Shown: positions 41,700-60,285 of the stretch, in pieces | How the letters are laid out: each line of letters begins with the position of its first letter | How positions within the stretch are numbered: position 1 is the first letter of the stretch | Origin: Chrysomallon squamiferum | Taxonomy: Eukaryota > Animalia > Mollusca | Reading direction: 5' to 3' | NCBI GenBank assembly: GCA_012295275.1 | Contig: CM022678.1 | Coordinates: forward strand, 11,408,001 to 11,472,000 | Length of the DNA: 64,000 nucleotides | The notes under the pieces: model-generated | Told to the model about the DNA's origin: nothing | Databases searched by the model: none | The model's input: only the letters and a program-made list of their open reading frames with translations | Position numbers and translations under genes: made by a program

Positions 41700-43177
41700 A
41701 ATAACACTAAAAAACTGTTCAGTAAAAGAATAAGTAGGTAAATTATGTAGATTATGCAGTTTATTAAATAATATTTGTTTAGTTTTACTAATTTCTGTAT
41801 CCCAAAGATTAACAGTCTTCCTGTCTCAAATGTTTGGTAAAAATGTGTTTGTCTGTGTGTGTGTGTGTGTGGTGTGTGTTCTGGAATACATGCTTTGGTG
41901 TTTGTCTCATAAGAATACTGTGCACAGTGATGAATGTGTTGGCAAATAAATGTGTTTCATTCCATTTTTAAATATTTTACTTTTTAATATAGTGGTTTGT
42001 TTTTCATTTGAAATGAAACTGCACACAGATTGTTTGTTTATATTCATCGAAAGTTCCAAAAAAAGTTCATAATGTATAAACATTTATACTATTTAAAAAT
42101 CCATGCTTTTTATATATTTTAAAATCTTGTTTTATATTTGAATGTTTGTGATGATTATTTTTTTTTTTATATACTTTAAATATCTTCTTCCATTATTTCA
42201 TTTATTTATTTATTTATTTTATTTATTTATTTTTTTTTTTCAAACATTTGTTTTGCTGCTGATCTCACAGAAATTATTTCACTCGTCATGGCAACATGTT
42301 GCTATGGAAACAGTTTTAGTTAATATTTGATGACACAAAATGGCTACCTGATCTCATTGTTGATTTAAAATGAAACTGTTTGATTGATGCATGATTTAAA
42401 CACAAATAATAATATATAAACTTATATATATAATGTAACTACTCTCATATACATATATATTTTCTTTCTTTGAATGTTCTGTAAAAAAAAAAAAAAATGT
42501 TATAAAAAAAATAATCATGATTTTTATTTAATTAGCCTTTATATCATTTGTGATTCAATTACTCCTTCTGTGGAGACTATTTGTACCTTCTTTAGTTGTT
42601 TTATTTTTTTTTAATGTAAATTATCTCCCTTGTAGGCAATATGTCTGCCATGATTACTTTGGCTCAGTCACATTTTTCTCCAGTGTAATTTTTTTGTTTT
42701 GTTTGTATCAATAAAGTCTTGTATATTGTCAAAAGTTTTAGTTCTTATTTTACAGTTTTTGTTATCAGCTGTTTCTTATTTCTCAACTCTTTGAACTAAA
42801 TTCTTTAAAACAAAATTGGAAACTAGGCACACACATTCTCAGAGTTTCTGAACTCTGAACAACATTTTTAAATTGAAAAAAAACAAAAAAAAAGGAAATC
42901 GAACACTGAACTAGATAACTTTGACTAGATAACAAGTGAACAGAAAAAAAAATTAGGAAATCAGTCTTTCAAGTGACAAGTACCTCTGGCCAAACTAACA
43001 TCATCCATCTACTGGGTTGCTATGGGTAACACTGAATGAGTAGACACCAATACAAAACTAATGAAAATAAACTAAATCGGTGAAGGTGATAGAGAAAGGT
43101 TTTATGAAAATACACAACCAGTAACAATGTCAAACAACAAAAAATTAAAATATTTATTTTACAACATCACAACAATT

Positions 43178-43335
43178 TCAACCACCTTCTCCATCATCAT
43201 CATCGTCTTTGCTCTCATTCTTATCATCATCATTGCTCTCATCATCATCATCATCATCATCAACTTTATCGTCACCAGTGAGGTTATCAAACGCCATGTC
43301 CTCTTCATCATCTGCTCTGTCTGTTTCCTGGTTTG
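43178..43335 (-). CDS. MRTO4: MRTO4 exon 8 (acidic tail, stop)
   Basis: Phase-compatible acceptor cttAG; [13 protein letters not shown]...DDDDDGEGG*. Confidence 0.8.
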
Positions 43336-44304
43336 CTAAGAAATTAAAACACATTTTTATTATTTTTAAAAACAAATAAATAAAAAATAAAAGTGGTATT
43401 AACTTAGTATGAATGAAATATAAAAATTAAACTTAAATTTTTTTTTAAATGAACTGTAACAAGGCTGTTAGGGAGTTTGTGTAAATGATATTAACAACAA
43501 TAATAATAAAATGAAATGAAATGGAACTAGATAAATAAATAAATAAATAAATAAATCAATTACTGAATTGAAATTTATCAGAATGTCAGAATATTTAAAT
43601 ATTAACAAATATTTAGTATCAATTAAGTCAGTTTAAATCTGTTCCACAACTGATATTAATAAACTGTTTGGGATTTTTAAAATACACTAATTAGTAACAT
43701 TAAATAAATAAACAAACAAATAAGTAAATAACTAAATAGTTTTAAATAAAAGAGATAAAATATTAAATAAATAATAAAATATACAAATGAAGAAATAAAT
43801 AAATATTAATAAAATAAAATAATTTCAATTATAAAAATTATGTATGTATGTATGTATGTATGTATATATATAATAAATAAACAAATAAATCAGTAAGTAT
43901 TAAATAAATAAATAAAAAAGCATTAAATAAGTAACAGAACAAAACATGAGAAAACAAATAATTAAATAAACGAATAAATAAAAGTCCTGTTCACCTTTCA
44001 CTCTGACTTTTGTTGGCACAATGGGTTCTGGTCGTTCAGAGAAAACTTTCCATTTTCCATCATTACTCCAAACTCCTTCTATAGTGACGTGAAACTCCGC
44101 CATTTTGTGTCCAAACAATTTCTAAAAATAGAATTGTAAACTAATAATAATAATACAAACAAAAATATGATTAACAATAATATTATTATTACTACTACTA
44201 CTACTACTACTACTACTAATAATAATAATAATAATCATAATAATACAAACAAAAATATGATTAACAATAATATTACTACTACTACTACTAATAATAATAA
44301 TAAT

Positions 44305-44350
<46 letters not shown>

Positions 44351-44411
44351 AAACAAAAATATGATTAACAATAATATTACAACTACTACTACTACTACTA
44401 ATAATAATAAA

Positions 44412-44452
<41 letters not shown>

Positions 44453-45324
44453 AAACAAAAATATGATTAACAATAATAATAACAATAATAATAATAATAC
44501 AAATAAAAGTACTAAGGATGTCGATGATGATAAGAAAAATGATAATAAGCATGATGACAGTGATGATGATTATTATGATGATAATAATAAAAAGAATGAT
44601 GATTTTGATAGTAATAATAACAGACTGTGAAAATAATGATGATGATGATGATGATGAAAATAAAAGTAAAAAAATTAATATTAATAATAATAACTGTATT
44701 GTAAAAGTAGATGCAATGTCCTGATGGTAAAATTCAAATACATTTTTTTTTTTTTTTAGAGATTATCAAAGCAGACATGACTTTCCTGTTCCAATTCATC
44801 ATTGGATTATTTAGTTAATTTAATATTTATTCAAAATGAACAACCTCCATTAATTTTCATCTGTTCATAATTTCCTCCATTTTGTTTTGCATTTATTCAA
44901 AATAAGCTTAAAAGCTCATACAACTATGGATTTAGACAAAATGAATTTAAAAATGTTTAATGAATAAACAGTTCAAAATTAAAGCTATAAAATATAATTG
45001 TCAATTAATTCTTGGTCAAATAAAAACTATGCTACTGTGCAAAATACAAAATTTATTTTGAACTGTTATTTTTTACATTAAAATAAAGTTTAAAAATAAG
45101 TTATATTTTTTATTGAAATTGAGGTAGATTTGTGTAAAATTGTGTAAAATAAAAAATGTACCAGGACTCTTGCTTGTTCCGGTGTTAAAACTTCGCCAAC
45201 GTCACACACCTTGTGTTCTTTCAACAGCGTAACAACACCTGCAACACAGAAACATGTTAAATATTTATTTTGATTTGTCTTTCTTTTTAACATGGCTGAT
45301 CCCATTATTTATACCTTTATTGAT

Positions 45325-45363
<39 letters not shown>

Positions 45364-48300
45364 TTTAAAAAAAATTAAACTAGATAGTCTGCCAAATGAG
45401 TTTAAAATATTGATTTTAACAAACTGAAATATTAATTAATTAACTTACAAAAAAATCTCTAGTTTTATATCAGTCTCCTTCATAAAATCTTCTAATTTGT
45501 ACTATTTAAAGTAATTTGTCTTTGAAAATTATTTAATCAACTTTTCAAAAACAAATATTATAAAATAAAAAAATAAATAAAAAAATGAGACAAATTTTTA
45601 AAATTAGAACCATAAATCATTTAAAAATTAGAACCTTCAAGTTATCTTTTTTAATTTATATCTAGAGTTACCTCTCTTTAAACTTGTGGGCAGTCCTAGC
45701 TGTCTCAGCTGGGGTTCCATGGAGTGGGAGAAATCTGGGAGTGGTCCCTCATCTAGGATAACTGTCTGGGTTGCAACTGTTCCGGATCGGGCAAAATCTG
45801 GTACTCTTAGGTCATCAAAGTATCTGAAATAATGATACACGAAGATGAGGCTGCCATTTAACAAAATAATTTTGTTACAAGATCAAAACTTCTGGGTGTT
45901 TTACAGTTTAAGCCACAACTACAGAGTGCTGCTGCTGTTGTTGTTGTTGCAATCATCTACACAATAATAGCAACAGTGATTTAACTAGACAAGAAGTGAG
46001 CAGACCACACAAGACACACTAACAACGTCTTTGAGTCTCACAAAACCCCAGCCTCACTTTAACTCACTGAACCCTGTTCCCTGAGTTTTAAGTAGCATGA
46101 ATTATGTGTTAGGAAAGGGAGCTTACTCTGTTGTTTATTTGTCTTTTTCCCTTCCATTATTTTATACATTTCACTGAGTTTATAAAACATTTTAACTTTC
46201 TTCAATTGAAACATGAGCAGGAGTTTTATTGATGGTAAATAAATAAAAAGTCGACAATTATTTTCTTTCTCTAGATTTGTTTTGATGTTTTCTGTGAAAA
46301 ATAGTAAAGATTTTCTTCTGTATGTTTTGTAATGTACTGGAGGAAGCAAAAAAAAAAAAAAACAGCTAATAACTTATTGTTTTGATTTTTTTGCTGTTTT
46401 ATTAATCACAACTTTAAATTGTGTGGATGATAAAACAAAAAAATAAAAATAAAAAAATAAAAATAAAAAAAAAATAAATAAAAACAAAAAAAAAAAACCA
46501 TTCCATTACTTAAGACTGAAAATAAAAATATGTTTCCAAAATATATCATTTGGCACAAGAGTAAATTGTGGATAAAAAATCTGGCCAGTTTTGGCACACA
46601 CACACTTAAAAATGTTACCCACCCATGATTTAGACAATGTTTTCTTTTACCTATTTACAAAAATATTAAAAAAATACAGAGTTAGTTCAGTATGTATATA
46701 TGTCACAAAAGATAGTTTTTTGTTTTTAAGAAAAAAGTAAAATGAAATCTGACTGTTAAAGGGAGATAAACCTACTTTAAAACTTTCTTTTCTGTCTCAT
46801 TTGTGAAGAGCAGACCAGTTTGACCTTTGAGCTGAGAGGTCAGCTTGGAAAGGTTTTCTCTGAATTCGTCATCTTCTGATTTACCAAGAGCCAAACGCAT
46901 AACTCGATTTTTTCCAAAGAAAAACCTGAAAAGAAATAAAAAATTTTAAAAAATTAAAACTGCAATTAAAAATAGTAAAATCAATTTAACAAAAGAATTT
47001 AAATTTAAATTTCAGCTTGCACCCTCTAAATTAAGTCTAATAACAATACAAGAAAGAAACCTGCAGGTCTACTCTTATCAGTTAGCAATAATGTATTTTT
47101 AACATTGAACCTTCCCACTGAAAGGAAAACACATATCATAATCTTTGATATACACTGACAGGGAGTGGTTGGAATTTGAAATAGATGATGGTTGGAATTT
47201 GACAGGAAACTGGTTGGAATTTGAAAATGAATACTGGAATTTTGAACACTGGTTGGAATTTGAAATAGATGATGAAGACAGAATACTGGAATTTTGATAT
47301 ACACTGACAGGAGTACTGGTTGGAATTTGAAATAAATGATGAAGAACACAGACTACTGGAATTTTGATACACACTGACAGGAGTACTGGTTGGAATTTGA
47401 AATAGATGATGAAGAACACAGAATACTGTAATTTTGATACACACTGACAGGAGTACTGGTTGGAATTTGAAATAAATGATGAAGAACACAGAATACTGGA
47501 ATTTTGATGCACACTGACAGGAGTACTGGTTGGAATTTGAAACAGATGAGGAAGAACACTTTTCTCACCTGCTGTGTCTCCACTCCTGTCTGACTTCTTT
47601 CAGCTGAACATTCCTCATGTTCTGAACTGAAAACGTGAAAATCCTTGCATACTTGTCAACACTGTTGTGAATCTGAAAACAATAATAATAAAAATATATA
47701 TATTTTTTACACATTATATATCAATACTATCATGTGTTATGTTCAAATCATAAATTACTTTTTCAAATTAAACTGAAGAAAAATGTCAGATATTCTCCCT
47801 GTAGCTTGTGTACATGTGTGTGTCTGTGAGCATTTGTATGTATGCATGTATGTGTGTGTATATGTCTATGCATTTCTGTGTATATATATATATATGTCTG
47901 TGCATGTATGTATGTATGTATGTATGTATGTATATGTCTGTATGCATGTGTACATCAGTGTACATACATATATACTTACCTATATATTCATATATATGTA
48001 TATCTGTAAGTATGTGTTTATATGCAAGTATGTGTTTATATGCATGTATGTGTTTATATGCATGTGTGTGCGTGCATGTGTGTGTGTCAAACATGAAAAG
48101 AAGAAAACAGTCAGGAACTGTGGTGTGCTGTTTTATAAGATTATAACACAACCGAACTTCAAACAGAAAAACAAGAGAACTTCATCTGAGGTTAGCTCTA
48201 CAAACGAATTTCCATACCTCTTCAACCAGTTTCTGCTTCAGTTCCAAACCTTTCTTTTTCGTCTGTGTCAGAGAAACTGAAATATAAAAGTAATTTGCTA

Positions 48301-49492
48301 TTTTACTATTTACACAAAATCTTGCTGGTTTTGGTGAAGGAAGATGGGATGTAAGTCTATTCATATAAACTATATTTATAATTTTTTATTTACTGTAATG
48401 TTTCTATAATGTACCATTAATCACCCTGCAATGATTATTCATCACATAAAAACTAACTAGAACACTGATCTTGTTTTTAAATAAACACAAATTACTTTGA
48501 TTTATCTCCCTTGCTATCACCGTTTACCATTGTCAGGCAGTCTACTCTCCTGTAAGCACATGTAGCAACATTACCACATAAACCTTCATCAGCTGATTTT
48601 GTCTACAACCATAGTCCACATAAACAGTCAAGCGAAGCAATTTGTGTCGTATTTCAATGATTAAAATTTTATTTTTCTATATTGTTATTTTCGATAATGT
48701 CAGAGAAAATTAACTCTGCATGGCACCATGGTCAACAGAGCTGACATTAGCTGATAATGTGTCAACAACTCCAATTGCCAAATGATTGTTCTGTAATTCT
48801 GAATGGACATGAAGCTTATTACTGATTTGTTAAATTTAACACTTCCAACCTTTTCTTCACATTGTGTATTACAAAAGAACATGCAATAACATACTGAATC
48901 ATTAGTATCAGTGTCTTTAAAATCATGTAATGCCTGGAGAAACAGGAATACACGATATGTAAACAGTCCTGCTGTTACTGTTAGCATTTGGTTTAAATTT
49001 GTTTATTAAGATTTATCATCTGATCTTTTGTTATTCTCTATCTCTAAGACATTAGACAACTGGGCAAGCCCTACCCCACCTATAAGCTTTTGTCAATAGC
49101 ACAATGATAATTTAAATCTCAGAAAGTGAAACTAGAAAGCTAGTAATAATGCCAAAATCAGTCCAATGTGAATGTCGGTATCACAAAGTGATTTACGTCT
49201 TATAAGTTACAAATATAACGTACTACAACTGACATGTTTGACTCAATGACTGTTAATATTAATATTATTATTATTACTATATAAATTGTATAATATATTA
49301 CATGATTACTAATAGTAATAATTATATAAGTATTAGTTTTACTGTTAATTTAATTTCTATTCGTCTGAATAGATTATCAAATTTCATAATAACATAATTA
49401 TTATAAAATAATAAATATGCCTACAGTAATTTTGACTTTACGATATTATAATTCTAATACGAACTTTTCTTATCACGCTTTGATTTCGGCAT
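43178..49492 (-). CDS. MRTO4: mRNA turnover protein 4 homolog (Mrt4, 60S ribosome assembly factor, P0 paralogue); 8 exons, 284 aa
   Basis: Exons 49492-49465, 48276-48218, 47672-47569, 46925-46776, 45823-45672, 45238-45162, 44121-43995, 43335-43178 total 855 nt. They translate to [101 protein letters not shown].. plus an acidic tail. All junctions are GT-AG. Confidence 0.96.
43995..44121 (-). CDS. MRTO4: MRTO4 exon 7
   Basis: [42 protein letters not shown]; donor G|GTGAAC. Confidence 0.88.
44140..44700. repeat. Compound (AAT/ACT/GAT)n with a repeated ATACAAACAAAAATATGATTAACAATAA spacer, MRTO4 intron 6
   Basis: Four copies of the spacer separated by trinucleotide tracts. Confidence 0.8.
45162..45238 (-). 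CDS. MRTO4: MRTO4 exon 6
   Basis: [26 protein letters not shown]. Confidence 0.94.
45672..45823 (-). CDS. MRTO4: MRTO4 exon 5
   Basis: [50 protein letters not shown]. Confidence 0.94.
46776..46925 (-). CDS. MRTO4: MRTO4 exon 4
   Basis: [49 protein letters not shown]. Confidence 0.92.
47143..47558. repeat. 70-bp minisatellite in MRTO4 intron 3
   Basis: ACACTGACAGGAGTACTGGTTGGAATTTG.. recurs at 47301, 47371, 47441, 47511, with degenerate copies to the left. Confidence 0.92.
47569..47672 (-). CDS. MRTO4: MRTO4 exon 3
   Basis: [34 protein letters not shown]; GTGAG donor. Confidence 0.92.
48218..48276 (-). CDS. MRTO4: MRTO4 exon 2
   Basis: [19 protein letters not shown] flanked by ttcAG / GTATGG. 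Confidence 0.92.
49465..49492 (-). CDS. MRTO4: MRTO4 exon 1 (MPKSKRDKK)
   Basis: ATG CCG AAA TCA AAG CGT GAT AAG AAA A|GTTCGT. Confidence 0.92.
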
Positions 49493-50085
49493 TGCTGAAA
49501 CAATTTGCTGCGATTGTACCGAACAGAAATCAACAATCAACACGTGCTTTATTTTAACCGGAAGTAGGAAGTACCTGTTGAATCATGGGATAAGCAAGAA
49601 ATGCAATAAGAAAATTAATTATCATTTAAGCATGTTACTGTCAAAGGATTCAGAAACTAACTGACAAAAATTAGCAATTCAATAATTATTTTTGATTTTT
49701 GATGTGTAGCCATGGTAACTATTACGTCAAGACTACCCTGGGGGTGCGCGAGCGGATCTCACAATTTTGCGCAAGAATTCAAGGACAGATAACTCTTAGT
49801 ATTTTTAGCAACGAAATTATGAAATATAGTTCTACATGATAATTGGATACTATGCAATAAAGCATTAGTGATTTATATCCATTAAACATTTTATTGAAAG
49901 TATTCTCACATTTGAAATTTATAGCATGCACTAAATATTATTTTAATGTAAACTGCTAAAAGTATCTTCCGCATTATGTCATTAATAGCTGAAAGTAGGT
50001 CCTGTGTTCCGCCATTTTGGATTGGATTCTCGTATTTGGTACTGATTTTGTAACACATATCGGTATTATTAATTAATTTGCAAAA
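49493..50085. promoter_or_regulatory. Bidirectional promoter region MRTO4 / 14-3-3
   Basis: Divergent ATGs 593 bp apart. Motifs: CACGTG (49541), ETS CCGGAAGT (49558), X-box GTAGCCATGGTAAC (49706), CRE-like TTACGTCA (49722), YY1-like CCGCCATTTTG (50009). CpGs are locally retained. Confidence 0.8.
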
Positions 50086-55966
<5,881 letters not shown>

Positions 55967-57298
55967 AGGGGAGATAAATCATCTTAAAATTCTGGATAGG
56001 CTTTTTTTTTTTTTTTTTTTAATCAATCTTTATTATTATTATGAATATTTTTATTTTTTATTATTATTATTATTATTTATTTTTTTCGCCTTTTGTGAGG
56101 AAGGATCTGTGCATGGATCTGTCATGTGGTTGGCGTTGTCACATCGTTGTCACAGCGTTGATTGTGTCATCAGATATAAAAAAAAAAGAAACGGTTTCGC
56201 CAGTGAAACTTTGTCATCATTTATTTCTGTGTCTATCAAGAGTGTTGGTGTGTGCTGTCTAGTTCAGATGGGTGGGGGGGGGTGGGTGGGTTCACCTATT
56301 TTTATTTATTTAAATTTTTTTATTTTTTTTATGTAGGCCGCCACTGTTGATTTTCATTGTTGGTAATTGTGGACAAATATTTTTTTTTTTTTTAAAGAAA
56401 ACAATTTTAGGAATAATAATAGTTGTCTTTCCTTGGTTTAGTGACCCATGCTTTATTACTGCAGGGAGGAATGGTTACTGGACTCTTGCCTGGCGTAGAT
56501 GCAGATTTTTCTTTAACAAGTCTCATGTTGGTAATAATTATCATACATTTTTTATTTATTTATTTATTTTATATTTTTTTTATGTTGCATACATTAAGAA
56601 AATCGAAAGGGAAAACAAACATTTTTTCATCATTTAAAAAAAAAAAAAAATTAATTAATTGATGTTGAAAAAGAAAAATTAAGTGTTAAGCTGATAAAAA
56701 TGTTTATTTTTGTTTTGTTGATGTGAGAGTTGTGTTTCTGTCAATCATGTTTAAGTAGATTGTTCCCTTAGTCTTTGATGTACCAGTAGAGTGAAAAAAT
56801 AAATAACAAACAAAAAAAAATATATATATATATATATACACAAAAAGCCTGGATTAAAATTGTTTTTGCCATTGGAAAACCTACCAGTATAATGTCTTGT
56901 TTTTGCGTTGTAAACTTGTATTGATAATGGCTGTCTTGAAAATTAAATAAAATTACTTGTCTTTCTGAGGATGTAATCTGTAAATGTTTCTTCCAGTGAA
57001 CATAGGTCATATTAATGAATTACCTCATTTGAGAAAGACGTAGTTCTGTAGCTTGGCTTTTTGCTCTAGCGTAGTAGTAGTCGTTGTTCCTGCAACGATG
57101 CAGTTCATACATTGGTATCCTGCGAGTCAGACCTGCTTCGATATTGTAATTTGTAAAACTCCCTCTTTTATTTTCAAAAAATTCTTATCGGTAAAAATAT
57201 GACTTCCGTTTTATTTGTTCAAATGAATTATGCTTGGGGGCTGAGCTTTTCAGTTTGTTTCACAGGTAATTAATTACACTCTGCGATTACTATTGTTG

Positions 57299-57330
<32 letters not shown>

Positions 57331-59748
57331 TTTATTATTTAATTTTAAATCTTCAGATATTGACTACAAGACAGTTCAGATTTTTTTGTTTAATTTAAAC
57401 CAGTTGTTATGTATTTTTTATGATTATTATTACAAAAAAAAAAAACCCAGAGAAATGTTTTTTCTTCCTTTGTGACTATATTAAAACCAAGTGGAGAATA
57501 GTTTCAAAAATATATTAAATGTGATTATTCAGAAAATGTGTTTCAATATTAATTATACACAAGTTGTAAACTTAGCAGATATTGTATAAAGAAAAATATC
57601 ACTGGGAACAGTTATTGATCTTTATTTTATGTACATTTTTAACAATAAAAAGATATAAAATTTATTAGTTTCATTCAGAAAAATCTTTTTCTGTTCTTGT
57701 TTTATTATGTTTAATGCTTGCTTCTGGTAATGCATAATAGTACAACAGTGTTAATCTAGTTCACATTAAAATATTTGTGTCCCTGGTATTAAGGTGTGTG
57801 ATGCATGTTTTTAAGTAAAATAAAAGAAAAAAAACAACAACAACAAAAAAAAAACCCAAAACTTCTGTTGAAATGATTTTGAAAATGAAAAACAAAATGA
57901 AATTGGGGAGAAAAAAAAAAAAAACGAAATGAAATATAATAAAAATTCTGAAAGGTAATGCAAGATATATTTTAAACAGTGAGAAAAATACATAAATGTT
58001 GCTTCCCAGAAAATTGTTATTTGTAAAAAAAAAATGTAACAAAAAAAATGTTTTAGTTAGCATTTGTGAAATATGTTATTTAGTAGCTGGTCAGTACAAC
58101 ATGATCTGAGAAATGTTACTTGTCATCAAAAACCAGAAGTGAAAATGTTGTGAATTATTGTTTCGTAGAAACACTGGAACCCAGAGTGAGGCTGTGTTTT
58201 GTTCAACATTGATTGGAATTACAGATTTTTAATTTAATAAACACATGAAACAACAACAATTTTTTATTATTATTATTTTATTTACAAAAATGTTTACTTT
58301 TCCACATCTTGCAGGGTATTTTATCATTTGGTTGACTTGAATTATTGCAGATTATTAATTAATTATTTAATTCATTGATTCAAGACAGAAAATTTTAAAT
58401 AAATTTATTGTGATTTCAGTTTGATGTATTATAAAATGTTTCTTTGTTTATGTCTTTTAACTAAGTTTTATTTGTTTGATATATTCGACTTTGATTAGAA
58501 ATTATTTTCTATTTTAATAAATATATTCCAGATAAATGTGAAGTGGTTTACTTACTGTCATTAATAAACTGTTATTTTGTTCTGTTTATTAAAGCTTCTT
58601 GCTGTGTCTTAAACTGAGATAACTTCTTTAATAATGAAAAATAATCTTAATCACAGATAATAAAATATTTCAGATTTATTTTCAGTTATCAATGGCTTCT
58701 GATATTTTAAATGGAGTTAATTATATAATAAAATTTAAATTAATTGTTTTTGGGGTTCTTTTATTTTATTATTATTATTTATTTTTATTTTTTTTCTTGT
58801 CTTTCCTTCCCCTGTATTCTAAATGAAGATTTTATATAAATTTAATTAACAGCTGATTTTAAAATATTTATACTTCTGATTCTTCAGCTATTTTTCTGCT
58901 CAGTATTCTGAATCACACTTACTTATTAAACATAAAATTCATGCATTTAAAATTCCACATTCTCTAATGTAAAATTCCAACAGTGTTTTAAAAACTGACT
59001 TTTCTGTTGTGTGCATTTTAAATTGAAATAAAAGAAATATTTCCACTGTTAAATTATTAAATTTTATATTCAGCAAACTCACTTGACAATTTCCAGGTTT
59101 ATAAAACTTTTTTGTTTACATATTTTAGATAAATGACCATTTGTTCCAAGTATTCCATGATAAAATAGTTTTAAATAAGAGAAGAATAAACAGGTGAAAA
59201 TTAGTTTCAGTTGATCTTAGGTTTTGTATAATTTATTTTCATTTTCCTGTTTAATTTTGGAAGGTCACTGAGTAGAGAAATTTGTTGAAGAATCTGTTTA
59301 TTTATTTTTTATTATGATTTTTAAAAACAGATTTAGATTTTATTTAGTTAAATTGTTAGATTAGAATTTTTTTTTTTAAAAAAAAAAAAAAAAAAGCCCC
59401 CAAAAACTAATATTCAGAGTATTTTAATTTCAGTTTATCATTTTAATAAATAAGTTGGAACAATAAATATATAATCTTGACATATTTGTCATTTGTGTAT
59501 TTATAATTGATTTTTAAAAAAAATTAAGTATTGGTAACTGTTGTGCCTATTTTATTTTTATTTTTTTTTCTCTACATTTCATTTAAGATTTTGATTTCAA
59601 ACCTCAATTGCTGAAATCAGTTAATAGGCATATTATTAAAAATAAAAAAAAACTTAATATTAATCAGATGAAATTATAACTTATATTTAATCATGTGGTT
59701 TATATATATATATATTTTTAATCATTTTCATTTATTTGTTAATTTCTA

Positions 59749-59809
<61 letters not shown>

Positions 59810-60211
59810 TGAAATTATCAGGAAGTAGGTTGGTCATTTTATAAGTGTATCTTGTTTCATTGTATTACAAAGATTGAAAAAAGATTGTTTTTGTTGTATT
59901 TGTATTTAAGTATGTAACTAAATCAAAAAGAAAAAGATGCAAAATTTTAGGCTTGACTGAACCTAAGGAATATAAATATATAGCTGGTTTTGAATGAAAA
60001 ATAAAAATAATTTCTTTACAATAAAGTGGTTAGCAAAAACAAAAAGACATCTTAATAATAATATGAATTAAAATGAATTAATCTTTGAGAAGCGTTAAAT
60101 GTTTTTAAAAAGAAGTTTTATAATGATGATGTAAGAAGAATTGTCTTAATATTAATGTTAGAATATTTATATAATTTGATTTTGATTGCTACGTTTTTAT
60201 AAAGCATCTCA

Positions 60212-60214
<3 letters not shown>

Positions 60215-60283
<69 letters not shown>
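60215..60283. repeat. (CT)n microsatellite
   Basis: Direct inspection. Confidence 0.9.

Positions 60284-60285
<2 letters not shown>

Larger units (their letters stand above)
35675..42735 (+). other. Putative long 3'UTR of hunchback (distal end uncertain)
   Basis: No ORF; long CA/CT microsatellites, common elsewhere in the window, are scarce; many miRNA seed matches; TGTA...AATAAA at 42704-42715. Proximal AATAAA signals (e.g. ~36381, ~38172) could end shorter isoforms. Confidence 0.5.

Noticed and set aside
45120-46084. let-7 (minus strand ~45120-45127) and miR-125 (minus strand ~46079-46085) seed matches in MRTO4
   Set aside because: Intronic, so not functional target sites; noted as evidence that background hits do occur.
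47026-47583. Overlapping 76-137 aa ORFs in MRTO4 intron 3
   Set aside because: Products of the 70-bp minisatellite.
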